Positions 26,269 through 26,374 of a stretch of 26,374 nt of DNA are shown here, one piece after another. How positions within the stretch are numbered: the stretch's first letter is position 1; the number at the start of each line of letters is the position of its first letter. The notes below the pieces were generated by a model, which saw only the letters and a list, made by a program, of their open reading frames with translations, made no database searches and had not been told where the DNA came from. A program made the translations under genes and the position numbers. The stretch comes from a virus (taxonomy: Duplodnaviria > Caudoviricetes), in the IMG/VR virus record IMGVR_UViG_3300020045_000166, positions 1-26,374 of that record. The stretch is one strand, 5' to 3'.

Positions 26269-26374
26269 CTGTTGTACAGAAGTCCCTTGAACCAATTACT
26301 ACTTTGAACGGTTCTACACCTGAAATTGTATTTCTATCTAATGGAGATATTGTAATGCAACAAGTAATTTTAGA
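26269..26374. repeat. Exact 106-bp inverted copy of 25484-25589
   Basis: ctgttgtacagaagtccc...caagtaattttaga is the reverse complement of 25484-25589 and runs to the last base of the window. Confidence 0.95.

Noticed and set aside
426-26290. Short overlapping ORFs on the opposite strand or alternate frame (e.g. 426-677, 638-889, 1836-2262, 4509-4793, 7857-13685 + strand set, 16443-16778, 19962-20363, 20836-21156, 21349-22368, 25619-26290)
   Set aside because: Shadow frames of well-supported genes, with no recognisable motifs.
25484-26374. Invertible segment or IS bounded by inverted repeats
   Set aside because: No recombinase or transposase; the repeat is ordinary coding sequence, 100% identical and ends exactly at the window edge.
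1-26374. CRISPR array, tRNA, rRNA or stop-codon reassignment
   Set aside because: No regularly spaced repeats or cloverleaf structures were seen, intergenic gaps are short, and the standard code gives nearly complete coding density.

Overview
This window is part of a tailed dsDNA phage genome of siphovirus type (tail tube and long tape measure protein, no sheath); the host is probably a Gram-negative bacterium. The left end (+ strand) holds the 3' part of a class II ribonucleotide reductase and an HNH endonuclease, which meet the late region at a perfect 34-bp palindromic terminator. The rest (- strand) is a morphogenesis and lysis module: accessory head/fibre genes, XkdF-like protease, scaffold, decoration protein, major capsid protein, neck genes, tail tube, G/GT chaperones with a -1 frameshift, a ~2200-aa tape measure protein, two tail-tip genes and lysis genes. 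The most notable feature is two free-standing GIY-YIG+HNH+AP2-like dual-nuclease genes inserted in the structural operon. Each follows a terminator and is preceded by a 55-nt three-way-junction RNA motif with a covarying pseudoknot that reaches towards the translation start. The last 106 bp are an exact inverted copy of 25484-25589, probably a chimeric end artefact. All product calls come from motif recognition and synteny, not from database searches.
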